From positions 53,769 through 117,768 of the forward strand of contig CANKIK010000001.1 of NCBI GenBank assembly GCA_947481985.1: a stretch of DNA of 64,000 bases. Direction: 5' to 3'. The notes beneath the pieces are model-generated. The model had not been told where the DNA came from. It ran no database searches and saw nothing but the letters and a program-made list of their open reading frames with translations. This stretch comes from Planctomycetaceae bacterium (GTDB taxonomy: Bacteria; Planctomycetota; Planctomycetia; Pirellulales; UBA1268). A program made the position numbers and the translations under genes. Position 1 is the stretch's first letter. Each line of letters opens with the position of its first letter. This document shows positions 48,683-56,946 of this stretch, in pieces.

Positions 48683-49501
48683 TTGCATCTGGTGAGCCCT
48701 CCTGTGGTGAATCTTCGTTCTCCTCGTGAAATCGCCCTCATGCGGCGTGCCGGGCTGGTTGTGTGGGGCGCTCATGACATTGTTGCAGCCATGATTCGCC
48801 CCGGGGTGACAACCGGTGAGATTGATGCCGCTGTTGAGGCTTTCTTCGTCGAGCAGGGCGCCGTGCCCTTGTTCAAAGGGGTGCCGGGGAAGGTGCCATT
48901 TCCAGCGGTCTGCTGCATCTCGGTCAACGACGAAGTTGTTCACGGGATACCGGGCAAGAGGGTCTTGCTACCGGGAGACATCGTCAGTGTTGACACCGGC
49001 TGCAGCCTCGCTGGTTGGTGCGGCGATTCGGCCAGAACGCACCCGATCGGGGAAGTCGCCCCTGCAGTGCAACGCCTCCTCGATTGCACATCGGGGGTGC
49101 TGGACCTAGCCATCTCCCTCATGGGAAAGCGGAGCCGCTGGAGTGATGTCGCCACTGAGATGGCCACGTTCGTCCGCGATCAGGGCTTCACTGTGGTTGA
49201 GAACTTCGTGGGCCACGGGATCGGGCGAAAGATGCACGAAGATCCTCAGGTCCCCAACTTCTGCTCGCCGAGTTTTCGACGGAATTACGACTTCAATCTC
49301 GAGCCTGGTTTAGTGATCGCAGTTGAGCCGATGGTCAATATGGGCTCAAAGCGAGTTCGTGCCTTGAGCGACCACTGGACGCAATCGACCGTCGATGGCC
49401 AGCCGAGTGCGCATTACGAGCACACGATCGCGATCACCGAGTCTGGCCCTGAAGTGCTGACCCGCGCACCTTCCCCAGGGGAAATCGTCCGCGTGGAGTA
49501 G
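48683..49501 (+). CDS. map: Type I methionine aminopeptidase
   Basis: Metal ligands in context: DIVSVDTGCSLAGWCGDSART, VGHGIGRKMHE, VIAVEPMV, HYEHTIAIT. The start is uncertain: TTG 48683, GTG 48692, or later. Confidence 0.9.
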   Translation: MHLVSPPVVNLRSPREIALMRRAGLVVWGAHDIVAAMIRPGVTTGEIDAAVEAFFVEQGAVPLFKGVPGKVPFPAVCCISVNDEVVHGIPGKRVLLPGDIVSVDTGCSLAGWCGDSARTHPIGEVAPAVQRLLDCTSGVLDLAISLMGKRSRWSDVATEMATFVRDQGFTVVENFVGHGIGRKMHEDPQVPNFCSPSFRRNYDFNLEPGLVIAVEPMVNMGSKRVRALSDHWTQSTVDGQPSAHYEHTIAITESGPEVLTRAPSPGEIVRVE

Positions 49502-49571
49502 ATTTCGGCCACTCTTCCCGACGCACCGGCTGATCTAGAAAAGGCGGTCCATCGGTCGACCCTCTGAGGGC

Positions 49572-49596
49572 AAGGGCGTGAAACCCCTTTTTTTCT
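49572..49596 (+). terminator. Weak intrinsic-terminator-like element downstream of map
   Basis: aaggg (49572..49576) pairs with ccctt (49585..49589) around an 8-nt loop, followed by a run of T residues (to ~49595). The stem is only 5 bp, so confidence is low. Confidence 0.3.
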
Positions 49597-49624
49597 CAAT
49601 TTTACGTGGTTTTCTGGTCTCCCC

Positions 49625-49654
49625 TTGTGAATTGAAGCCCAATCTTCCTATAGT
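49625..49654 (+). promoter_or_regulatory. Candidate sigma70-type promoter upstream of rpmJ (TTGTGA-N18-TATAGT)
   Basis: ttgtga at 49625..49630, an 18-nt spacer, tatagt at 49649..49654. Located in an AT-richer stretch ~65 nt upstream of the rpmJ ATG and just after the terminator-like element. Motif match only. Confidence 0.3.
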
Positions 49655-49720
49655 TGTGGTCTTTCCGAGAGTTTCCCTGTCCCGTTGAAGGCGTAGGCGG
49701 CCGTCGCCACGAACGCAAGC

Positions 49721-49834
49721 ATGAAGGTCCGCGCCAGCGTCCGTCGCATTTGCGACAAATGCAAGATTGTCCGGCGCCGTGGCGTCGTCTTCGTCGTGTG
49801 CGCGGATCCCCGCCACAAGCAACGACAAGGGTGA
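49721..49834 (+). CDS. rpmJ: 50S ribosomal protein L36 (zinc-binding form)
   Basis: Not in the track because it is under 60 aa. My translation: [37 protein letters not shown], then a stop at 49832..49834. This is the textbook L36 with the Cys3-His motif. Confidence 0.95.
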   Translation: MKVRASVRRICDKCKIVRRRGVVFVVCADPRHKQRQG

Positions 49835-50082
49835 CCGCGGTAGTCTGGGTGGCAGTTCCATCGCACTCCTGTTCAGTCGGCAGCCAGCAAGGTGTCGATT
49901 GCCAGGACGTTTGTGTGGGGTTGTCTCCAGTCGCAGGTGATTTTACGTAGCCAAGTTTCATATGGTCCTTGTGGTGTCCCTGGTCGTCTGAGGTCGTTTC
50001 GTGCAGCACGTTGCTGCTCGGGGGGGGCTTCGGCGGGGTGTCGCGGCAAGGCTTTTAGTCCGACCTTTCCTGAGACTTTTCC

Positions 50083-50466
50083 ATGCCCCGTCTGCTCGGC
50101 GTTGACATCCCGTCCGACAAAAAGACCATCTACTCGTTGCAGTACCTGTACGGCGTCGGCCCGAGGGTTGCTCGCGAGTTGTGCCACAAGGCGGGCGTTG
50201 ATCCTGAGGGGGTGGCCAAAAACCTCCACGAGGATGAGCTGGCTCGCTTGGCTGCATTGATGGACAAGGATTACGTCGTTGAGGGGCAGCTGCGACGGCA
50301 GTTAGCGCAAAATATCTCTCGGCTCAAAGATATCGGCAGTTATCGTGGGCTGCGGCATCGCCGCGGGCTTCCGGTTCGGGGGCAGCGGACCCGTACCAAT
50401 GCACGGACTCGCAAGGGTCCAAAGAAGACGGTGGCCGGTAAGAAGGGCGTCAAGGATCTCAAGTAG
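50083..50466 (+). CDS. rpsM: 30S ribosomal protein S13
   Basis: 127 aa. MPRLLGVDIPSDKKTIYSLQYLYGVGPRVAREL...SYRGLRHRRGLPVRGQRTRTNARTRKG. Confidence 0.95.
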   Translation: MPRLLGVDIPSDKKTIYSLQYLYGVGPRVARELCHKAGVDPEGVAKNLHEDELARLAALMDKDYVVEGQLRRQLAQNISRLKDIGSYRGLRHRRGLPVRGQRTRTNARTRKGPKKTVAGKKGVKDLK

Positions 50467-50621
50467 TCGGCAGTTGCATTCCGAAGGCACTGGCAGTGTT
50501 TTCGGGTGGAAGTCGTGCTGATGGTTGAGCGGGGTGGTTGGTGGTTCCTGGCCGATGGCTGGGGTGTTGAGTTGCAAGCGGTCGGTTCCGGTCGAAGACC
50601 CATCACGGGAAGATTTGATTC

Positions 50622-50999
50622 ATGTCGAAGGTTGCGAAGACAAAAAAGAAGAGCGTTTCTGCTGGCGTCGCGTACATCAGCGCGAGCTTTAACAACACCA
50701 CAGTCACCATTACGGACTCCAAGGGCGATACGCTCTGCTGGGCCAGTGGTGGCACTTGTGGTTTTAAGGGGAGCCGCAAGGGCACCCCGTTTGCTGGGCA
50801 GTGTGCTGCTCAGCAGGCTGCTGAGAAGGCTGCGAAATTTGGGGTTAAGGACCTTGAGGTTCGTGTTCGCGGGCCAGGCAGTGGTCGTGAGAGTGCTATC
50901 ACTGCGTTGCAGGCCGCTGGGATGAACGTCAAGAGCATCGAGGACATCACTCCTCTCCCTCATAACGGCTGCCGGCCACCAAAAAAGCGGCGGGTGTGA
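50622..50999 (+). CDS. rpsK: 30S ribosomal protein S11
   Basis: 125 aa. [30 protein letters not shown]...[12 protein letters not shown]...[17 protein letters not shown]. Confidence 0.95.
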   Translation: MSKVAKTKKKSVSAGVAYISASFNNTTVTITDSKGDTLCWASGGTCGFKGSRKGTPFAGQCAAQQAAEKAAKFGVKDLEVRVRGPGSGRESAITALQAAGMNVKSIEDITPLPHNGCRPPKKRRV

Positions 51000-51110
51000 T
51001 CCTGCTGCGGCCGTCGTGCTCTGGTCGTTTTCCGGCCAGGCTGGGGCTCTTTACCGGATTCTTTTTTACACACTGACACTTCAGGCAACTCACGCGAGCG
51101 ATCGACAAAC

Positions 51111-51737
51111 ATGGGACGTATCACTGGACCGGTCTGCCGCCTCTGCCGTCGCGACGGGCTTAAGTTGTTTCTTAAAGGCACTCGTTGTGACACCTCCAAG
51201 TGTGCTTTTGAGCGTCGTAGCACGCCGCCTGGAATGGTGCAAAAGCGGCGTAGCAAGCCTACCGAGTACGGAATCCACCTCCGTGAAAAGCAGAAAGTCA
51301 AGCATTACTACGGTGTCCTCGAGCGTCAGTTTCGCACTTACTTTGCGCGAGCAGAGCGTGGGAAAGGGAATACTGGCGAGATGCTGATGTCGCTTCTGGA
51401 GCGGCGTTTGGACAACATCATTCATCGAATTGGTTTCGCGCCGTCCCGTTCTGCTGCTAGGCAGGTGGTCATGCACGGTCATATCACGGTGAATGGGCGG
51501 CGCGTCGATGTGCCCAGTTATCTCGTGAGGGCCGGTGATCTGATTCGGGTCAAAAACCGGGCGAAGAGTTTGCAGTTGGTGCATGCTGCTTTGGCGGTGG
51601 GGCGACGTGACGTTCCCGACTTTCTGACGAGGTCGGAGGGGGGGGTGCCTGAGGGGCGGGTAGATCGTCTTCCTGCTGCCGACGACGTTTCGATTCCGGT
51701 GCAGGCGAACCTGATCATCGAGTTGTGCTCGAAGTAA
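51111..51737 (+). CDS. rpsD: 30S ribosomal protein S4 (N-terminal Cys4 form)
   Basis: 208 aa. MGRITGPVCRLCRRDGLKLFLKGTRCDTSKC...YGIHLREKQKVKHYYGVLERQFR...LERRLDNIIHRIGFAPSRSAARQVVMHGHITVNG (S4 domain). Confidence 0.95.
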   Translation: MGRITGPVCRLCRRDGLKLFLKGTRCDTSKCAFERRSTPPGMVQKRRSKPTEYGIHLREKQKVKHYYGVLERQFRTYFARAERGKGNTGEMLMSLLERRLDNIIHRIGFAPSRSAARQVVMHGHITVNGRRVDVPSYLVRAGDLIRVKNRAKSLQLVHAALAVGRRDVPDFLTRSEGGVPEGRVDRLPAADDVSIPVQANLIIELCSK

Positions 51738-51853
51738 CTCGCTCGCTCTGATGGACGCCCACGGCTGTGATACACGGCCGTTTCTCTGGAGAATTCCAGG
51801 GAATTCGTTTCAGTTCAACGCAATTTGATACGGACACAGGCAAGGAGATTCGC

Positions 51854-52840
51854 ATGCACATCCGCTGGCGGGGACTTGAACTACCCAGCACGGTCACGTC
51901 CGAAGCCAAGACGTTGACCCCTACCTACGGTAAGTTCGTTGCCGAGCCGTTTGAGCGCGGGTTTGGTACGACGGTCGGCAATAGCCTGCGGCGAGTGCTC
52001 CTCTCGAGTCTCGAGGGGAGTGCCATCACCCAGATTAAGGTTGGCGGCACCCTGCACGAATTCACCACCATCAAGGGCGTGTTGGAGGATGTCACCGACA
52101 TCGTTCTGGCTATCAAGAGCCTTGTGGTCAAGAATCACAGTGATTCCACTCGTGTGATCCGAGTGGAGAAGAGTTCCAAGGGGCCGATCACAGGCGCCGA
52201 CGTTCAGGCTGATGAGGCCGTTGAGGTTATCTCCAAGGACCTCGTGCTGGCGACGTTAACCGACGACGTGCCTTTTGAGCTTGAGATGGTGGTCGAGAAT
52301 GGCCGTGGCTACGTTCCGGCGAGTGAGCACAGCCCCGACGCGCAAGAAATCGGCATCATTCCTGTTGATGCTGTGTTCAGTCCTGTGACTCGCGTCCGCT
52401 ATGAAGTTGAAGAGACTCGCGTCGGCCAGAAGACGAATTACGATAAGTTGACGATGGAGATCTGGACCAACGGCACCGTGACCCCGGAAATGGCGTTGGT
52501 CGAGGCGGCTAAGATCCTTCGCAAGCATCTCAATCCGTTTGTTGGATATTCGCAGCCCGGCATGGCAGTGAATCTTCCAGCGACGGTGGACATTTTTTCG
52601 TTGCAGCCCTCTACCGAAGGGTTGCTGGGGATGTTGGTTTCCCAGCTCGGCCTCGAGGGGCGGGCCAGCAATTGTTTGGCCAGCGAGAATATCGTCACGG
52701 TCGGTCAGTTGGTCGCCTTGTCCGAGGAGCAGGTTCTCGAGATGAGGAATGCGGGGGAGCAGACCCTGCAAGAGATCAAGGAAAAATTGGCAGAGCACGG
52801 TCTTCGTCTCGGTTCGACGCCGGCGGCGGTTGAAGCCTGA
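51854..52840 (+). CDS. rpoA: DNA-directed RNA polymerase subunit alpha
   Basis: ATG 51854 after aaggag, within track ORF 51767..52840. [34 protein letters not shown] (NTD). The C-terminal CTD has [21 protein letters not shown]...[22 protein letters not shown]. Confidence 0.95.
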   Translation: MHIRWRGLELPSTVTSEAKTLTPTYGKFVAEPFERGFGTTVGNSLRRVLLSSLEGSAITQIKVGGTLHEFTTIKGVLEDVTDIVLAIKSLVVKNHSDSTRVIRVEKSSKGPITGADVQADEAVEVISKDLVLATLTDDVPFELEMVVENGRGYVPASEHSPDAQEIGIIPVDAVFSPVTRVRYEVEETRVGQKTNYDKLTMEIWTNGTVTPEMALVEAAKILRKHLNPFVGYSQPGMAVNLPATVDIFSLQPSTEGLLGMLVSQLGLEGRASNCLASENIVTVGQLVALSEEQVLEMRNAGEQTLQEIKEKLAEHGLRLGSTPAAVEA

Positions 52841-52944
52841 CGATTCCAGATAGTGTTGTCGGGGCCTTTCCCCGGTAGTTTTGCTTACGCGTACTCCCGT
52901 TCCACAGAAAATTTGGTTCCATAACGGTTCGAAGGGTTTGACTC

Positions 52945-53538
52945 ATGCGCCATCGACGTAAAGGCCGTGTGCTCGGCCGCAGTCCGTCCCACCAGCGGGC
53001 ATTGCTTCGCAATCTTGCCTCCGCCTTAATGCTCACAGAGCGGGAGACGGAAGCGGGCGAGGTTGGTGCTGCCAAGGTGACTGGCCGGATTGTGACCACC
53101 GTGGCGAAGGCGAAGGAGGTCCGGCCGCTCGTTGAGCGCTGCATCACCATTGCCAAGCACGGTCTGCAGTCGGCGGAGCTTGCCAGGGAATTCGCCTCGA
53201 CAGCCGATCGCAACTCTTCGGCCTGGAAGCAGTGGCGAGAGAGCGATCAGTGGCGGAAGTGGGCACAGGCCTCCGCTCCGGTCGTGGTGGCACGGCGTCG
53301 GTTGGTGCGTCTTCTCGGCGACAAGAAGGCGGCCCGGATTCTATTCGAGAAAATTGCCCCTCGTTTCGTTGATCGTCCGGGCGGTTACACGAGGATTTTG
53401 AAGTTGGCGACTCCGCGTCTGGGTGATGCTGGCCCTCGGGCCTTGCTCGAGTTCGTGGGGAGCGGCCCGCGGCCGGACAAGGGGACGGCTCCGCAGGTCC
53501 AGGCACGTCGGCCTGGAAGGTCTGCCGGGGCGACCTGA
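52945..53538 (+). CDS. rplQ: 50S ribosomal protein L17 (with internal insertion and C-terminal tail)
   Basis: 197 aa. MRHRRKGRVLGRSPSHQRALLRNLASAL...AKAKEVRPLVERCITIAK...RPGGYTRILKL. About 45 aa are inserted mid-protein and about 35 aa added at the C-terminus relative to E. coli L17. Confidence 0.9.
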   Translation: MRHRRKGRVLGRSPSHQRALLRNLASALMLTERETEAGEVGAAKVTGRIVTTVAKAKEVRPLVERCITIAKHGLQSAELAREFASTADRNSSAWKQWRESDQWRKWAQASAPVVVARRRLVRLLGDKKAARILFEKIAPRFVDRPGGYTRILKLATPRLGDAGPRALLEFVGSGPRPDKGTAPQVQARRPGRSAGAT

Positions 53539-53618
53539 TCGACGCAAGGAATCGACTTCAGCGTGCGATCGCTACCCCGATGAGGTTTGTTTTTTCTCTT
53601 CTTGGGAGCCCATCTTGA

Positions 53619-53665
53619 GGTGGCTCTGGGGAGGGTGGCTCTGGGGGGGGTGGCTCTGGGGGGGG
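53619..53665. repeat. G-rich 15-bp tandem repeat x3 (GGTGGCTCTGGGG + 2 nt)
   Basis: ggtggctctgggg starts at 53619, 53634 and 53649 (period 15), with G-runs of 4, 8 and 8 or more. It lies 80 nt downstream of the rplQ stop and 185 nt upstream of the next gene. Confidence 0.85.
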
Positions 53666-53700
53666 TTGAAAAGAGTTGCCTTTGACGGGCGGACTTACGG

Positions 53701-53730
53701 TTGGCTTATGCCGATGAAATCGTGTATAAG
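53701..53730 (+). promoter_or_regulatory. Candidate sigma70-type promoter for the DUF1549/1553 gene (TTGGCT-N18-TATAAG)
   Basis: ttggct at 53701..53706, an 18-nt spacer, tataag at 53725..53730, ~120 nt upstream of ATG 53850. Motif match only. Confidence 0.25.
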
Positions 53731-53849
53731 TAGACTGTGGTTTGAATGGGTGGGTTGAGTGGGTTCTGAAATGGGGGGCGGCTGGCTTCCTTTTCGGATT
53801 CATCTTGGGCGGGAGCCCGCCATCGCATGTCCTTTTCAAGGGGCGTCCC

Positions 53850-55535
53850 ATGTCGACGCGGTTGCCCTGCTTGAGGTGGCCCTCGCTATTCTTGGCGATG
53901 TGGTGTGTTGTCGACGGCACTTTGTCGTCGGCTGCCGATGAACACTTCGGGATCCCCCAAGTCAAGTTCATCAACGAATCAGTTGCAGCTGGATGGTCTG
54001 ACGCCAGAATCAAGCCCTCGGATGAGGCCACCGATCAAGAGTGGTGCCGCCGGGTTCACTTGGACATCATTGGCCGCGTGCCGACGGTTGCCGAACTCGG
54101 TGTCTTCGTCGCCGATACCGCCCCGGATAAGCGGGCCGCCCTCGTCGCCCGTCTCCTTGGGGATGACTACGTCGATGAGTACGCCAGGAACTGGACTGAC
54201 GTTTGGACCACTGTTCTCATCGGCCGGAGTACCGAGAACGACAACATCAACCGCAGTGGCATGCGGCAGTGGCTCCGGCGGGCGTTCGCCAAGAACCTCC
54301 CCTACGACCAGTTCGTCACCGATTTGGTGACGGCCACGGGTGTCAACAAGGCGGGCGAGAAGGGGTTTAACGGGGCCACCAATTTCCTCACGGGCAAACT
54401 TGAAGAGAACGGGATCCAGGCGACCGCCAAGACAGCTCAGGTGTTCCTCGGACTCCAAGTGCAGTGCACGCAGTGCCACAACCATCCATTCAACAAGGGC
54501 AAGCAAAACCAGTTTTGGGAATTTAATGCCTTTTTCCGCCAGTCCAGAGCGCTGCGGAAGTTCGAGGGCACGCGAGAAGTCCAGGCGATTGAACTCGTCG
54601 ATGAGGACTGGGCGGGGGAGGGAGGAAACGCCTCGCAAGCGGAACTCTACTACGAACTCCGTAATGGGCAGATGAAGGTCGCCTACCCGGTTTTTGTCGA
54701 TGGTGCATCGGTCGATCCCAGCGGCTATCTACCTGCGAAGATGGATGATGGGACGGCGTTTGGCGTCAACCGTCGCAGGGAACTTGCGCAGTTGATGGTA
54801 GCCAGTCCGCTGTTGCCGAAGGCCGCGGTGAACCGCATCTGGGGCCACTTCTTCGGTTACGGCTTCACCAGGCCGATTGATGATCTTGGGGAACACAACC
54901 CGCCATCCCACCCAGAATTGCTCGACGGTCTCGCAGACCAATTTCGGCAGCAGAGTTTCAACGTCAAGGAATTGATCCGCTGGATCACGCTTTCCCGCGC
55001 CTATGCCTTGTCCAGCAAGGTCACCAAGGGGAACACCTCTGATGATCCGGCTGTGGGTGAGAAGCCGAAATTCACCCACTTCTACCTGCGGCAGATGCGG
55101 CCGGAGGAACTCTACCAGTCGTTGCTGACTGCTACCGAGGCTGACCAGGCGGATGAAAAGGGAGAGAAGGCATCGCGTAAGAAGGACGAATGGCTGTCGC
55201 AGTTCATCATCGCTTTCGGAACCGATGAGGGAGACGAGGCCACAACCTTTAACGGTTCGATCCCGCAGGTGCTGATGATGTTTAACGGCGACCTCGTCAA
55301 GACGGCCACGGGCACGGGCAAGGGAGGCTTCCTCGACCGGGTGGCTTCCGCTGACATGAGCAACGCCGCCCGCATCGATACCCTGTACACCGCGGCCCTG
55401 GCTCGGAAGCCCTCCCGCAAGGAAATCTCCATGGCGAATCAATTGATGGCCGCCCGCAAGGGGGATGCCATCGGGGCCCTTCAGGACATTTGGTGGGCCG
55501 TGCTCAATTCGAACGAGTTCATCATCAATCACTGA
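53850..55535 (+). CDS. DUF1549 + DUF1553 domain protein (planctomycetal PSD1-type, without an N-terminal cytochrome domain)
   Basis: ATG 53850 within track ORF 53742..55535 gives a signal peptide (MSTRLPCLRWPSLFLAMWCVVDGTLSSAA). WCRRVHLDIIGRVPTVAEL..., FLGLQVQCTQCHNHPFNK (conserved CxxCH-like box at 54465..54479), NRIWGHFFGYGFTRPIDDLG and a terminal WAVLNSNEFIINH are as I recall them for the DUF1549/DUF1553 families. Confidence 0.8.
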   Translation: MSTRLPCLRWPSLFLAMWCVVDGTLSSAADEHFGIPQVKFINESVAAGWSDARIKPSDEATDQEWCRRVHLDIIGRVPTVAELGVFVADTAPDKRAALVARLLGDDYVDEYARNWTDVWTTVLIGRSTENDNINRSGMRQWLRRAFAKNLPYDQFVTDLVTATGVNKAGEKGFNGATNFLTGKLEENGIQATAKTAQVFLGLQVQCTQCHNHPFNKGKQNQFWEFNAFFRQSRALRKFEGTREVQAIELVDEDWAGEGGNASQAELYYELRNGQMKVAYPVFVDGASVDPSGYLPAKMDDGTAFGVNRRRELAQLMVASPLLPKAAVNRIWGHFFGYGFTRPIDDLGEHNPPSHPELLDGLADQFRQQSFNVKELIRWITLSRAYALSSKVTKGNTSDDPAVGEKPKFTHFYLRQMRPEELYQSLLTATEADQADEKGEKASRKKDEWLSQFIIAFGTDEGDEATTFNGSIPQVLMMFNGDLVKTATGTGKGGFLDRVASADMSNAARIDTLYTAALARKPSRKEISMANQLMAARKGDAIGALQDIWWAVLNSNEFIINH

Positions 55536-55594
55536 CCGTATTCCGCTCGCATCTGGAAGCCCATTCCCCGTCGTCGCGCACAGGAGACTTTCCC

Positions 55595-56872
55595 ATGTCT
55601 ATATCCAGCCGATTCGTCGACGGAATCAACCGCCGTCATTTCATGAGCCACTTGGCGGGGGCTGCGGCCTTGGCCGCACCGGCCACTGCGTTCACCAACA
55701 CGTTGCTCGCCAACGCTTCCGACCTGCGGAAGCGGCACAAGGCGGCCATCCTTCTGTGGATGGGGGGTGGACCGAGCACCATGGATATCTGGGACCTGAA
55801 GCCGGGGGCGGCCACCGGGGGCCCATTCCAGCCGATCTCTACCAGCGCCGACGGTATCCAGATCTGCGAGCACATGCCGTTGATGGCGCAGCAGATGCAT
55901 CACATGTCGCTGGTGCGATCAATGAGCACCCGCGAGGCAGACCACATGCGCGGCCGCTACTACATGCATACCGGCTACGTGCCCAATCCCAACGTCGAGC
56001 ATCCCAGTTACGGCGCCGTTGTCGCCCACGAACTGGCTGATCAGGTCCCTGATCTGGAGATTCCGCCGTTTGTGTCGGTCGGCGGTGGCAGCGTTGGACC
56101 TGGTTTTCTGGGGATGACTTGGGCGCCATTTGTCGTCGACTCCAACGGCAACGTCCGCAATCTCGACATGGGGATCGACCCTGCCCGTCTTTCGCAGCGG
56201 CTGGAGATGCTGACGGCGATCGAGGGGCGCTTCATTGGCGAGAAGAGGGGAGCATCGGCAGAGGATCACGCCAAGGTGCTCGACAAGACGATCAGGATTC
56301 TCAAGAGCGAGCAGATGGATGCCTTCAAAGTGATGAAGGAACCAACGGATGTTCAGGAAAAATACGGCAACACCGGGTTTGGGCGCGGGTGCCTCATGGC
56401 CCGTCGATTGGTTGAGCAGGGAGTGCCCTTCGTTGAAGTTGATCTCGGGGGCTGGGACAACCACGCGGACATCTTCAAGACGCTCAAGGACAATAAACTC
56501 CCCGAACTCGACAAGGCGATGAGCGCCTTGGTCTCGGACCTGGCTGAGCGAAGCCTGCTCGACGACACGGCAATCATCTGGATGGGTGAATTCAGTCGTA
56601 CGCCGAATATCAACGGCAACGGTGGCCGCGATCATTGGGCCCGCAGTTGGAGCGTGGCGGTCGGTGGCGGAGGATTTAAGCGGGGGGTCGTTGTCGGTGA
56701 GACCAGTTCCGATGGCAAAGAGGTCGTGACCGAGCCGTACTCCGCTCAGGACCTGATGGCCAGCGTGCTGAAGTCGCTCGATATTTCGCTGGAAACGACG
56801 TTCACCGCGAAGAATGGTCGGCCGATGAAGATCGCGAACTCCGGCAAGGTGATCAAGGAGTTGTTCGCCTGA
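55595..56872 (+). CDS. DUF1501 domain protein (sulfatase/alkaline-phosphatase-like fold) with Tat signal
   Basis: ATG 55595 after aggag, within track ORF 55490..56872. Twin-arginine signal (INRRHFMSHLAGAAALAAPATAF). LLWMGGGPSTMDIWDLKPG..., GGWDNHADIF, GEFSRTPNINGNGGRDHW are DUF1501 hallmarks as I recall them. It starts 59 nt after the DUF1549/1553 gene. Confidence 0.85.
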   Translation: MSISSRFVDGINRRHFMSHLAGAAALAAPATAFTNTLLANASDLRKRHKAAILLWMGGGPSTMDIWDLKPGAATGGPFQPISTSADGIQICEHMPLMAQQMHHMSLVRSMSTREADHMRGRYYMHTGYVPNPNVEHPSYGAVVAHELADQVPDLEIPPFVSVGGGSVGPGFLGMTWAPFVVDSNGNVRNLDMGIDPARLSQRLEMLTAIEGRFIGEKRGASAEDHAKVLDKTIRILKSEQMDAFKVMKEPTDVQEKYGNTGFGRGCLMARRLVEQGVPFVEVDLGGWDNHADIFKTLKDNKLPELDKAMSALVSDLAERSLLDDTAIIWMGEFSRTPNINGNGGRDHWARSWSVAVGGGGFKRGVVVGETSSDGKEVVTEPYSAQDLMASVLKSLDISLETTFTAKNGRPMKIANSGKVIKELFA

Positions 56873-56946
56873 TCGGCGAGGCGGAGCCAGGGGCCGAATC
56901 ACGCCGTACTGGCGGCATTGCAGCTCTCGACGGCACGCTGTGGCCG

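Noticed and set aside
53619-53665. Checked whether the 15-bp triple repeat could be a mini-CRISPR array.
   Set aside because: The repeats are directly adjacent with no spacers, far shorter than CRISPR repeats, and no cas genes are present in the window.
53423-53758. Track ORF encoding ...WEPILRWLWGGWLWGGWLWGGLKRV..., which could be mistaken for a repeat protein.
   Set aside because: The Trp-Leu-Trp-Gly-Gly repeat is just the translation of the 15-bp G-rich tandem DNA repeat. The ORF starts inside rplQ in another frame and has no RBS or coding-like composition.
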